This document shows positions 7,987-17,106 of a DNA stretch of 64,000 nucleotides, in pieces. A program made the position numbers and the translations under genes. The notes under the pieces are model-generated. The model was not told the DNA's origin. It did not search any database and saw nothing but the letters and a program-made list of their open reading frames with translations. Origin of the DNA: a virus; IMG/VR virus record IMGVR_UViG_3300044750_000003, positions 1 to 64,000 of that record, one strand, 5' to 3'. Numbering within the stretch: position 1 is the stretch's first letter; each line of letters starts with the position of its first letter.

Positions 7987-10103
7987 TGAAATTATACACA
8001 GTAGATTATTCAGAAATAAGCGGATACACAGAATTTGGCGGTTATAAAATACCACTCCCTAAAATGCCCCCTAAGTCACAGATGGAAAACTACGGTCTAT
8101 CTGAAAAGCAACAAAAATTCCGGCATACTGAAACTCCGAAATCCTTATTATACCGGAAAAATTTTGTAAGCAAGGAAGAAGAAGAATGGATAGCAAGGGA
8201 ATGGCATAAGCGCAAAAATGGAATTTGGATTTTAATAAAAGGGCAACCAATTTATTTCACGGGGCCTTATTACTTTTTTTTAAATTATTGGTGGACTATA
8301 AAAAATATACATCCTGAGTTTCGTCTTTTTCAGTGCCATATATTCCAGTTGTGGAATATGATAGTCAGGAATATAAACTGCTATGGGTTATTCCTTATTG
8401 GCCCACGAAGGGGGGGTAAAACAGAATTTACGTTAGGAGAAGAGTATGAGTTTTGTAGCCGTGTAAAGAACGTACAGGGGCATAATCAATCTAAAAACGA
8501 CGAGGAAGCCTATAAAAACTTTAAGCGTATCACAAGGGCTAATAAGAAGATGATCTGGTTTATGAAGCCTGTCCATAAAGGATCAGATGACCCCGAAGAT
8601 CGTTTAGAGTTTTTATATCCATCTGAACGTATGACCGATGCCAAAATGAGAGGCATGGCAGAGAATGATGAGAATACGGAGGAAGTAAAATATTCAGAGG
8701 AAGAGTTAGGCTCAAAGATTGACTTTGAACCTGCTAAAGCGAGTGCCTATGACGGGCAGGAAACTAATCGTGGTATCCTGAACGAAGCAGGAAAGTTAGA
8801 AACCATGTCACTTATTAAGTGGTGGGAAGTATTTAAGCCAACATTACACTATTTTGATGGAGAGGAAATTGTAGGTAAATGTTGGATTGAAAGCTCTATA
8901 GAGGAAATTGATGATGACCAAATAGAAGAAGTAAATTCATTATGGACAGACAGCAACCCCGATGAGTTAAACGAAAATGGAAGAACCACATCAGGATTAT
9001 TCAGGGTATTTATATCTGTTGAAGATGTAGCAAAACCGGATGAGTGGGGCTTCCCTAAACGCGAAGAAGCGAAATTAAGACTTGAAAGGGAAATAGCAAA
9101 CTTACGTGCAAAAGGGAAAGAAAAAGCGATAAGCAGCTTATTAAGAAAATCGCCACAAAAAGTTGAAGATGCACTTACTCCGTCAGGAGAAAAAGGCGCA
9201 TTTAACAAGGATAGACTACAGGAGATATTTCAGCGTATAGATTACCCATCCGCCTATAATTTACCACCTAAAGAATGGATTGTTAAAGGGAATTTTGAAT
9301 GGGTAAATGGACAGCGAGACACCAAAGTAATTTTCAGACCTTGCGATGACGGTAAATGGGATGTTTCGCAATTGCTTAAAGACGGGAAAGATAATTTGTC
9401 GGTAATGATAGGCGGTGTACGATATCCAGGAAATATACGTCACTATAGAGGTGGTTGCGACCCTTTCGAGCATGATTTATCTGAGATTGTGGATGCTAAC
9501 AGAGCATCTAAAGGCGCGGCAATGATATTCAGGATGTATGATGATATGGTAGACGGAGCTAAGAAACATGATGATGGCGTACCATTGGATTTTGCATGGG
9601 AATGGGAAACAAATCAATTTGTGGCAGATTACTTCGCCCGTGAAGATGACCCAAATGTATTTTTTGAGGATATGCTAATGATGCATGTTTACTACGGCAC
9701 ACAAATGAATGTGGAGAATAACAAGCGTTCTATTAAAGGGTATTTTAGGGCGCGTGGGTATGCTGAATATTTGATGGACAGACCCGAAAGTACGTTTGAC
9801 AGCAAGGAATATGAAGCACGGGGGGTAAAACAAGTGGGAACGCCTGCTACTACTGATACCATTGACCAATATTTTATGGCTATAGCCCACTATGTAATGA
9901 TGTACTCAAATGCCATTAAACACAGGAGAATTGTATTAGCTTGGCTTAGTTTGAACAAAAGCAAAAAATCACGTACTTCAAACGATACTGGCGTAGCGGC
10001 AGGTTGGACACTTTTAGGTAAGGAAAAGATGTATTTAAGATTCCCGGATGAGCAAGTTGAAGAAAGTAAAGGCGATACATGGTTTGTTACGTATAAAGTT
10101 TGA
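7986..10103 (+). CDS. terL: terminase large subunit
   Basis: Walker A LIGPRRGGKTEF, ILNEAG Walker B-like segment, later GCDPFEHD nuclease-like motif. 705 aa, directly upstream of the portal candidate. Confidence 0.7.
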   Translation: MKLYTVDYSEISGYTEFGGYKIPLPKMPPKSQMENYGLSEKQQKFRHTETPKSLLYRKNFVSKEEEEWIAREWHKRKNGIWILIKGQPIYFTGPYYFFLNYWWTIKNIHPEFRLFQCHIFQLWNMIVRNINCYGLFLIGPRRGGKTEFTLGEEYEFCSRVKNVQGHNQSKNDEEAYKNFKRITRANKKMIWFMKPVHKGSDDPEDRLEFLYPSERMTDAKMRGMAENDENTEEVKYSEEELGSKIDFEPAKASAYDGQETNRGILNEAGKLETMSLIKWWEVFKPTLHYFDGEEIVGKCWIESSIEEIDDDQIEEVNSLWTDSNPDELNENGRTTSGLFRVFISVEDVAKPDEWGFPKREEAKLRLEREIANLRAKGKEKAISSLLRKSPQKVEDALTPSGEKGAFNKDRLQEIFQRIDYPSAYNLPPKEWIVKGNFEWVNGQRDTKVIFRPCDDGKWDVSQLLKDGKDNLSVMIGGVRYPGNIRHYRGGCDPFEHDLSEIVDANRASKGAAMIFRMYDDMVDGAKKHDDGVPLDFAWEWETNQFVADYFAREDDPNVFFEDMLMMHVYYGTQMNVENNKRSIKGYFRARGYAEYLMDRPESTFDSKEYEARGVKQVGTPATTDTIDQYFMAIAHYVMMYSNAIKHRRIVLAWLSLNKSKKSRTSNDTGVAAGWTLLGKEKMYLRFPDEQVEESKGDTWFVTYKV

Positions 10104-10161
10104 TAATTTGTAATTAATTAATAATTACTACATTTATACCCCATACAGCACTCCCGCATCA

Positions 10162-12495
10162 ATGGAAAAATTAAAGTTCGCCACAAATTATCTAAAAGAA
10201 ACACAGTACCCTTTTCCTGATGAAGCCAATCCTGTAAAAGATGAGGGCTATTTTTTAGCCGCTTGTAACGCCATGTGTTCTAAATACTTTATGAACAGGT
10301 GTGCCTTACCTTATGATGGTTGGGGAGTACGCAGAAGCATTGCTGAACTAAGGGCGTACCGTCACGGCAGAAACAACATTAACAAGTACAAGAACTGGAT
10401 GATAGGGATGCCTGACCAATCGGGTGAGCGAAAAACAACGTTAAATATTTCGTGGGACATGCTTCAAATACTCCCGCAAAAGATGGATGCAGTATTGGGT
10501 TTCCTGATGAAGACGAAGTACGACATTAACGTGCAGGCGGGGGACTATGAGGCGTTAATGGACAAAAAGGCAAAAGTAGCCATAGCCAAAATAGTAACGG
10601 ATATCAGGTTGGGCAATATGCTATCCGTAGTCAACTCCAACCACACCGTAAACTTAGCACCGCCAAAGATACCAGTAGCCAACAACTCCGTACCTATACA
10701 GACCCCACAGGATGTTGATTTAGCCCAAAGCATAGGACTATTCATGTTGGAGGAAGAAAGTGCCTTAGAGAACCTGATAGACACCACACGCTACATTTCT
10801 AAATCAGATGGCATAGAAGATTTAATCAATGACGACCTGATTACCTGCGGATACGCCGGAAGAAGAATATTTACCAACCCCAACACGAATGAAGTGGAGG
10901 AAGGGTATGTAGATGTAGAACGGGCAGTATTCCCTACTTCACAATACCGTGATTACCGGGATGCCTCTTGGGGAGGTTGGTGGGAACGCATCAGCATAGC
11001 CGAACTCAGGCGCTCAAGTAACCTTACTGACAAACAAGTAGTGGAGATAGCACGGAGATATGCCGATACCAACAGGGCAGGATTTTACTCATCCCTATAC
11101 ACCAATAACGATCAGTTTGATTTTAGGATGATAGATCAGATAGAGGTCGATGTATTCCGTGGCTACTGGATAGGCAGTAAACAGGTAAAAGTAACAAGTG
11201 TCACAAGGAAGAACGGCTCATTGGTAGTCAACAAAGTTGATAATGACTACGAATTGGAAAATGTAGCCAATAACAAGGGTAAATCCTTGGATGCCTTTTC
11301 TAACATGACGGTATTTAAAGCCTCTTTGGTATTGGGGTCAAGCTATGTTTTTGACTATGGAGAGGACACCGACATCAACTATAAAACTGAGGGTGGTAAA
11401 AAATGGCCGCTGTTCCCGTTAAGGTTTGCCCGTACAGGTTCAACAAGCCTAGTGGAACGCTCTATTCCTTTCGTGGATGACGCACAGCTTATCAACCTTA
11501 AGCTACGTGTAGCAAGGGCTAAGATGCCTGCACCACCTAACTTAGCCATAGACAAAGGTGCATTAGAGGGAATGAAGATAGACGGTGTATCCTACAAACC
11601 ACAGCAACTACTAAAACTGCTACAGGACGAAGGATACCTGTTGATGGATACCAAGAACCAATGGGGGCAAAATCAGGGCGCAGGAAGACCCGTAGTCCCT
11701 ATAGGGACAGACCTGATGCAAATTATCAGCGCATGGTGGGAAGATATGAACCGAACCATAGGCATGATAGAAAAGGTAACAGGCGTAAATGATATTTTTG
11801 CTGCCCAAACACCACATGAGCAAACAGGGTTAGGCGTATCAAAACTACTTTTAGAAGGCGCTCAAAACTCATTAACGCCACTTATCAATTCAGGTGAGCA
11901 AATGATACAGGGTACTTATGAAGTGGTAGCTTCAAAATGGCAATGTGTAGCGAAGTATGCTACCCCTGAGCAAAAGAAGAAGTTATCTATTTCAAGGAGT
12001 TTGGAGATAGTAGCTGTAAGTGAGAAGATTTTTGATTACGATTTTGACACCATCGTGCGCCCCGGTTTTTCAGATGCAGACAAGGAAAGAATGATGAATG
12101 ATTTGCAAAACATGAGAAGTGCTAGCAGGCAAGGTGGTCAGGCATCTATGAGTGAGAATGATTTTTTAATTGTTTTTTCTATGATCCGTTCAGGCAGACT
12201 AAAACAGGCAGAAATATACACTGCTTATGCGGTTAACAAGCGCCAACAGCAGGCTCAGCAGGAACAACAGCAAATGATACAGCAGAACGGGCAAGTTCAG
12301 CAGCAATCTCTACAGGCAAAAGGCCAAACAGACTCACAACTTAATCAACAAGAGGCACAGAATGATGCAGCTTTACAGCAGCAAAAATTTGAAGCACAAT
12401 CACGCCAGGCTGTGCAGGTTGAAATAGTAAAAGGACAAGCAAGATTAAATGAGATTAGGTTAAAATCATTGTTAGAACCACGAAAGATAGCTTAA
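10162..12495 (+). CDS. portal protein (by position and size)
   Basis: 777 aa ORF following terL, with a Q-rich C-terminal tail. Confidence 0.55.
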   Translation: MEKLKFATNYLKETQYPFPDEANPVKDEGYFLAACNAMCSKYFMNRCALPYDGWGVRRSIAELRAYRHGRNNINKYKNWMIGMPDQSGERKTTLNISWDMLQILPQKMDAVLGFLMKTKYDINVQAGDYEALMDKKAKVAIAKIVTDIRLGNMLSVVNSNHTVNLAPPKIPVANNSVPIQTPQDVDLAQSIGLFMLEEESALENLIDTTRYISKSDGIEDLINDDLITCGYAGRRIFTNPNTNEVEEGYVDVERAVFPTSQYRDYRDASWGGWWERISIAELRRSSNLTDKQVVEIARRYADTNRAGFYSSLYTNNDQFDFRMIDQIEVDVFRGYWIGSKQVKVTSVTRKNGSLVVNKVDNDYELENVANNKGKSLDAFSNMTVFKASLVLGSSYVFDYGEDTDINYKTEGGKKWPLFPLRFARTGSTSLVERSIPFVDDAQLINLKLRVARAKMPAPPNLAIDKGALEGMKIDGVSYKPQQLLKLLQDEGYLLMDTKNQWGQNQGAGRPVVPIGTDLMQIISAWWEDMNRTIGMIEKVTGVNDIFAAQTPHEQTGLGVSKLLLEGAQNSLTPLINSGEQMIQGTYEVVASKWQCVAKYATPEQKKKLSISRSLEIVAVSEKIFDYDFDTIVRPGFSDADKERMMNDLQNMRSASRQGGQASMSENDFLIVFSMIRSGRLKQAEIYTAYAVNKRQQQAQQEQQQMIQQNGQVQQQSLQAKGQTDSQLNQQEAQNDAALQQQKFEAQSRQAVQVEIVKGQARLNEIRLKSLLEPRKIA

Positions 12496-13484
12496 CGTAA
12501 CAGATACCTGAACCACTTCAATATTGCATGGTGATTATAGGCAGCAATATCGTGTATATTATCTTCAACTGATTCAGCCCTATGCTGCATGGTATATTCC
12601 AATACTTCTGCCATATTTGATTCACTATTTTGGTCTGCTTTTCGGCAATGAAGCCAGTTAATAGCATTAGATACAACAACAGGAACATGCGATGCCACAC
12701 AATCAGCAGTTACAATATTGAACGTTTCTGTAAAGCTAACCTGCATACATGCATCCATATCGGCAATTAACTTTACGAACTCTGAGTGTTCAAGCCATCC
12801 TATTTCTACTAATTTATGACGTGTACCTTCAAATAAAGCGCGCAATGACTTAACTACGGATTCTCCACGCTGTTCTACCCGACTTGAATTTACGTAGAAA
12901 TGCACTACAGCCTTTCTTTTCTCTGCCCATAGTATGGCGGCAACCGCCTGTGATAATTGGTTCTTAAATGGCCTGATGGCACCAAAGCATCCTATTTTAT
13001 ACAGGTGCTTGCGCTTATATGGCTCGCATCCATTGAACTCAGTAACTGGGTATATATTAGGCAGGTAAATATTTGGTATACCTAGTTCTTGAAAATCATA
13101 TGATGTTTGATCGTGGTTAAATGATACGACAATGAACTTAACATATTCCTTTACCCATGCTATTGAGTTACCTTCCATTGCCAGGAACGGTATACGGCTA
13201 TGTATGCGCACTACAAATCTAATATGTGTATGAAGCGATACTAACTCACGCAACTTATCAGGCGATACCCATATAGCCTCTATGATGCATATATCAGGTC
13301 TGAACCTATGAAGCCATTTATCTATTTCATTCCCGTCCCTACAGAACTCTAAAACAGCTTGTGTGTGTGGAAACTTATTCACAGCATCTACAACGAACCT
13401 GGCTGAATTACGAAGACCTGCTTTGGATGGAATAATATCGCTGCCATATTCAGAGTTTGTGCGTACAAGAAATAGTATTTTCAT
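12492..13484 (-). CDS. GT-B fold (GT4-like) glycosyltransferase
   Basis: SFTETFNIVTADCVASHVPVVVS resembles the E-x7-E region of GT4 enzymes. The track start at 13490 is TTG; ATG at 13484 is preferred. Its stop overlaps the portal stop within TTAA (12492-12495). Confidence 0.55.
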   Translation of the reverse strand: MKILFLVRTNSEYGSDIIPSKAGLRNSARFVVDAVNKFPHTQAVLEFCRDGNEIDKWLHRFRPDICIIEAIWVSPDKLRELVSLHTHIRFVVRIHSRIPFLAMEGNSIAWVKEYVKFIVVSFNHDQTSYDFQELGIPNIYLPNIYPVTEFNGCEPYKRKHLYKIGCFGAIRPFKNQLSQAVAAILWAEKRKAVVHFYVNSSRVEQRGESVVKSLRALFEGTRHKLVEIGWLEHSEFVKLIADMDACMQVSFTETFNIVTADCVASHVPVVVSNAINWLHCRKADQNSESNMAEVLEYTMQHRAESVEDNIHDIAAYNHHAILKWFRYLLR

Positions 13485-13500
13485 ACACAAAGCTAACTAA

Positions 13501-13689
13501 TTAATGCAATACACCGAAATGCTGTAAAGCCCAAATTAATAAAATAATCAGAACCAAAGCATAGAGCAATCCTCTGATACGAGGGGTGATTAGAGGGCCA
13601 AAAATTAAGGTTATTATCCAAAATATAACTTCTATTACTATAACTGCAATTACGAGATATAGCAGAAAGAATAGGATGCTTGTTAACAT
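13501..13689 (-). CDS. small membrane protein with two predicted TM helices
   Basis: 62 aa, almost entirely hydrophobic, with a central PRIRG turn. Confidence 0.5.
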   Translation of the reverse strand: MLTSILFFLLYLVIAVIVIEVIFWIITLIFGPLITPRIRGLLYALVLIILLIWALQHFGVLH

Positions 13690-13734
13690 GGCTTTAAGTT
13701 TAGTGATTAACTATTTTATTTACAGATTGTTTTA

Positions 13735-13775
13735 AAATAAAAAACCGTAGCCGGATGAAGTGTCGCGTGCTACGG
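13735..13775 (-). terminator. rho-independent terminator
   Basis: On the minus strand, ccgtagc ... gctacgg (7 bp stem) is followed by TTTTTTATTT. It lies downstream of the 69 aa gene. Confidence 0.5.
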
Positions 13776-13838
13776 TCAATGAAATCAGTTACCTTATGAG
13801 AACTTAAATCTAAAATTAAGTTTTGGTAATTACAAATA

Positions 13839-14048
13839 TTATCTTGGATATTCCTGAATGCCTTTAACACATTGTTCAGCAAAGTCAGGATAGCACGTAA
13901 CAGGTGTTGTTACAGCAGGAGTTCCTGAAACATAATTAAGTAATGAATCCTGTGTAGATGCTGAATTGTTACCAAAGGGGCTTAGTTCTGTAGCGGGTAA
14001 CGATACACCTGTTGCAGGTGGATACGTCATTGTTAAATTTGATGCCAT
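13839..14048 (-). CDS. small S/T/P-rich protein, possible paralogue of 5445-5669
   Basis: 69 aa ORF, last gene of the reverse-strand operon, followed by a terminator. Confidence 0.5.
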   Translation of the reverse strand: MASNLTMTYPPATGVSLPATELSPFGNNSASTQDSLLNYVSGTPAVTTPVTCYPDFAEQCVKGIQEYPR

Positions 14049-14061
14049 GATTTAATGTTTT

Positions 14062-14313
14062 TTAGGATAAATATATAAACTTAATTTCTAAAATATGTAC
14101 CAAGTGCTTTCCATCAATCTCGGTTGCGATAATTGGATTATATAAAACTTTTTTACCAAGTAAACTTTTGTCAGCCTTTTCACCTACTATAACCACCGTG
14201 CCTGTGTTTGGTTTTTGCAAAACCGTCTCAGGTAAAAATAAACCTGATGGCATTTGCCTTATTGGTTCTGTTGGTTCAATCAGTATTCTATTTCCTAATA
14301 TTTTCATTTCCAT
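14062..14313 (-). CDS. GroES/Cpn10-like co-chaperonin (T4 gp31 analogue)
   Basis: LGNRILIEP...SGLFLPE...NTGTVVIVGE...GKKVLY matches the Cpn10 pattern. About 83 aa. Confidence 0.7.
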   Translation of the reverse strand: MEMKILGNRILIEPTEPIRQMPSGLFLPETVLQKPNTGTVVIVGEKADKSLLGKKVLYNPIIATEIDGKHLVHILEIKFIYLS

Positions 14314-14329
14314 TTACCGTCTTTAAATA

Positions 14330-14520
14330 TTTCAATTTTATTACAAATTTGACATTTGCGTGTACGAAAGGTTTTTTGTAGCCAAGTATGGCCAAGAAAA
14401 GTGCAGTGAACTACCCATCCACGCCAAAGGCGATGGGATGGGCTTCGGGTTTCATAGAGTGTGCTTTGTTGCCAAAGTCTGATTTACTCTCCACCTTTGT
14501 AATGGACAGTTCCTGCCCAT
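14330..14520 (-). ncRNA. candidate TnpB omega-RNA (reRNA) scaffold; boundaries not resolved
   Basis: TnpB guide RNAs are expected to overlap the 3' end of tnpB and extend downstream. A strong hairpin, cccatcc-cat-cgcc-ttt-ggcg-t-ggatggg, lies at 14414-14442 over the last codons. A 97 nt non-coding tail separates it from the next gene. Confidence 0.35.
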
Positions 14521-15634
14521 ATATTTTTAATCCTTCTTTAAGAATATTCTTTGAAGCATTTAAATCACGGTCTAATACGTGTCCGTTTTTGCAAGTCCAT
14601 TCTCTAATTGAAAGATTTAAGTCTTGATTTATCCAACCACATTCACAACAGGTTTTAGAACTTGGATACCAGCGATTTATTTTAACAATTTGCTTGTCAT
14701 TCCAATCTGCTTTGTATTCAAGCAACCTTACAAAATTTCCCCAACTGGCATCTGATATGTGTTTGGCAAGTTTATGGTTTTTGACCATTCCTTTCACATT
14801 CAAATCTTCCAATGCGATTATATCAAAATCAGTTACCAATTTGTGAGATACCTTATGTAAATTATCCATTCGTGAGTTGGTTATCTTCTCGTGAATTAAG
14901 GCTATCTTTCGTCTTTGTTTTTCAAACGAATTACTGCCATTTGTTTTACGAGAAAGATGTTTTTGTGCCTTTGCTAACTTTTTTTCATATTGTTTTGTGT
15001 ATTTGTTATTCTTAAATTTAATTCCATCAGAAGTAATGACAAAATCCTTCAAACCTAAATCTATTCCGCAAACCGCACCAGTTTTTTCTTTTGGCTGATA
15101 TTGCTCTTCGGATAGTATTGATACAAAATATTTTCCTGTTGGTGTTTTGCTTAAAGTGCATTTACCAATTTCGCCTTTTACTTCACGGTGAACGTTAACT
15201 TTAATTCCTTCTTTGAACTTTGGTGCGTAAAATTTACCATCTTCCAGTTTGGCAAATTGTGGAACAGTAAATGTGTTCTTCTTTTTTCTCGATTTAAATC
15301 TTGGAAACTTTGCATTTCCACGAAAGAAGTTCACGTATGCAGTATCCAAACATCTTAAAGCAAATTGTAATGATTGGCTATTAACTTCTTTAAGCCAAAT
15401 AGTTTCATCTTTTTTCTTTAATTCTGTTAAGGTTGCTGCTTGTGCATAGTAGTTATTAGACTTTTTATCTGCTTGATATTGTTCTTTACGCTCATTCAGA
15501 AAATGATTATAGACAAATCGGATACCTCCAAAATGCTTATACAACAACACTTTTTGCTCTTGTGTTGGTTGCATCTCAAATTGATATGTCCGAAATATTG
15601 TCTTCATTCTACTATTAAATAGTGTTGTCATCAT
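14411..15634 (-). CDS. tnpB: TnpB, IS200/IS605-family RNA-guided RuvC endonuclease
   Basis: N-terminal RTYQFEMQPTQEQ; RuvC-I GIDLGLKD; RuvC-II ALEDLN; zinc finger CCECG...CKNGH; RuvC-III DRDLNASKNI. The true start may be the third ATG at 15607. Confidence 0.85.
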   Translation of the reverse strand: MMTTLFNSRMKTIFRTYQFEMQPTQEQKVLLYKHFGGIRFVYNHFLNERKEQYQADKKSNNYYAQAATLTELKKKDETIWLKEVNSQSLQFALRCLDTAYVNFFRGNAKFPRFKSRKKKNTFTVPQFAKLEDGKFYAPKFKEGIKVNVHREVKGEIGKCTLSKTPTGKYFVSILSEEQYQPKEKTGAVCGIDLGLKDFVITSDGIKFKNNKYTKQYEKKLAKAQKHLSRKTNGSNSFEKQRRKIALIHEKITNSRMDNLHKVSHKLVTDFDIIALEDLNVKGMVKNHKLAKHISDASWGNFVRLLEYKADWNDKQIVKINRWYPSSKTCCECGWINQDLNLSIREWTCKNGHVLDRDLNASKNILKEGLKIYGQELSITKVESKSDFGNKAHSMKPEAHPIAFGVDG

Positions 15635-15664
15635 TTTTAGATAAAAAGTAAAGGAATTTAATTT

Positions 15665-15859
15665 TCATATCTCAAAAACCAATTTTAACTTATCACCTAT
15701 TTTTTTTAAAAGTTGGGTATTAATGCCTGTTAATTTACCATTTTCTAACTTATTAATGGTAGATGTTGACATCCCTAAACTTGATGCAAGATTTTGTTGT
15801 GATATTTTTATTTTGTTACGTTCGGTTCGTATTTGCAAACCTATTTTTTTCATGTTCAT
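15665..15859 (-). CDS. XRE-family helix-turn-helix DNA-binding protein
   Basis: ISQQNLASSLGMSTSTINKLENGK is a classic Cro/C1-type HTH. 64 aa, 30 nt upstream of tnpB and co-oriented with it. Confidence 0.75.
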   Translation of the reverse strand: MNMKKIGLQIRTERNKIKISQQNLASSLGMSTSTINKLENGKLTGINTQLLKKIGDKLKLVFEI

Positions 15860-15955
15860 TATTCAAATTTATATATTCATGGCGACATATCCAAAATAGT
15901 AAGCGTAAATAAATCAATCGATATTTACCTTTATACGAAAACCAACTCCGATTAA

Positions 15956-17089
15956 ATGGATAACTCGATTGACTTAATACAAGAAGCAGGTTTAAAAATT
16001 AATGGTCAGGAACCATTAGTTCAGGAAAAACCCGAAGCAACCCAATCACAAGAACAAACTAACACCGACAATATCCCGGCAGACAAGGCAGCGATTGCCG
16101 AACCTGCCAAAGCAACCGAACAGGCGCAACCACAGTTTAACTTTGACGACGAATTGGTAAAGATTACCGATGGAAAGATAAAAAGTCAAACCGACCTTGC
16201 GGGAATGTTAGAGAAGTATGGCCAGTTAAATGACTTTGAAAGCCGTTTACAGCAACTCGACAGCGAGAATACCGAACTAAAAGCCAAAGTAGCAACAGAC
16301 CCGTTCGCTAATGATTTATCAAAAAAATTCAACGACCTGCTCAAAGGCGGCGCAAAACCCGAACAGGTAGACGCATTTCTGAAACTGAACAAGCATGACA
16401 ACTTTGAAAGTATGTCCGCTTATGATGCTAAGTTACTGGCGCTACAGGTAAAAGAGGGATTGACAGAGAAAGAGGCTAAAGTATACCTTGAGTCCTCATA
16501 TAAACTGAACCCAGAAGAGCATGACGAAGATACTATTGCAAGAGAGCAAATCCGCCTAAAAGTAGATGCAAGAGGCGACCGTGAGTTCCTTACCGCCCAT
16601 AAAGCGCAGGTATCACAAGCCCCGGCATCGGAATATGAACAACAGCAACAGGTATTGCAGGAAAAGCAGACAGCGCATTTGGATAAACTTGCGCCCATAG
16701 CTAAAAATGCATTGCAGTCTATCAGCTTCGCCAACCAAAACATCAATGGTAAGGCAGATGATAAGGCGATAATGGCGGACTTTACACCCTCTGAGGAAAG
16801 CGTGAAGTCATTGCCTGATAAGGTAGCACAGTTCATTAAAAACGAATGGAATAACATACCTGCGAATGAAGATGGCGCTAAACGCATATCTGACTTCGCA
16901 AAAAGTATTCTCATATTGGAAAATCACGAGACATGGCGGCAACACGCGGTCAATGTCGCTGAAAAGAAGATACGGGAAGAATACCATAACCCATCGGCTA
17001 TACAAAGAGGTAAGGATAACACTGAGAATGCAGGTAAATCAGATAAGGATGCACGGTCTAAGTTTGTAGAAGAATATTTCAAACTTTAA
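15956..17089 (+). CDS. scaffolding protein (by position and composition)
   Basis: 377 aa, acidic, A/E/K/Q-rich and helical, immediately upstream of the capsid gene. Confidence 0.5.
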   Translation: MDNSIDLIQEAGLKINGQEPLVQEKPEATQSQEQTNTDNIPADKAAIAEPAKATEQAQPQFNFDDELVKITDGKIKSQTDLAGMLEKYGQLNDFESRLQQLDSENTELKAKVATDPFANDLSKKFNDLLKGGAKPEQVDAFLKLNKHDNFESMSAYDAKLLALQVKEGLTEKEAKVYLESSYKLNPEEHDEDTIAREQIRLKVDARGDREFLTAHKAQVSQAPASEYEQQQQVLQEKQTAHLDKLAPIAKNALQSISFANQNINGKADDKAIMADFTPSEESVKSLPDKVAQFIKNEWNNIPANEDGAKRISDFAKSILILENHETWRQHAVNVAEKKIREEYHNPSAIQRGKDNTENAGKSDKDARSKFVEEYFKL

Positions 17090-17106
17090 TTTAAACAACT
17101 AAGACA

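Larger units (their letters stand above)
14320..15640 (-). mobile_element. TnpB-only IS200/IS605-like element without a TnpA gene; ends not determined
   Basis: tnpB plus its 3' non-coding tail. No Y1 or serine transposase ORF is anywhere in the window. Confidence 0.4.

Noticed and set aside
13700-13882. 60 aa minus-strand ORF between the 69 aa gene and the membrane-protein gene.
   Set aside because: It overlaps the 3' end of the 13839-14048 ORF and spans the terminator hairpin. Its composition is implausible.
14388-14627. 79 aa plus-strand ORF at the tnpB 3' end (also 14812-15015, 15249-15449 and 15440-15622).
   Set aside because: It is antisense to a confidently identified tnpB gene. No transposase motifs are present, so it is not a missing TnpA.
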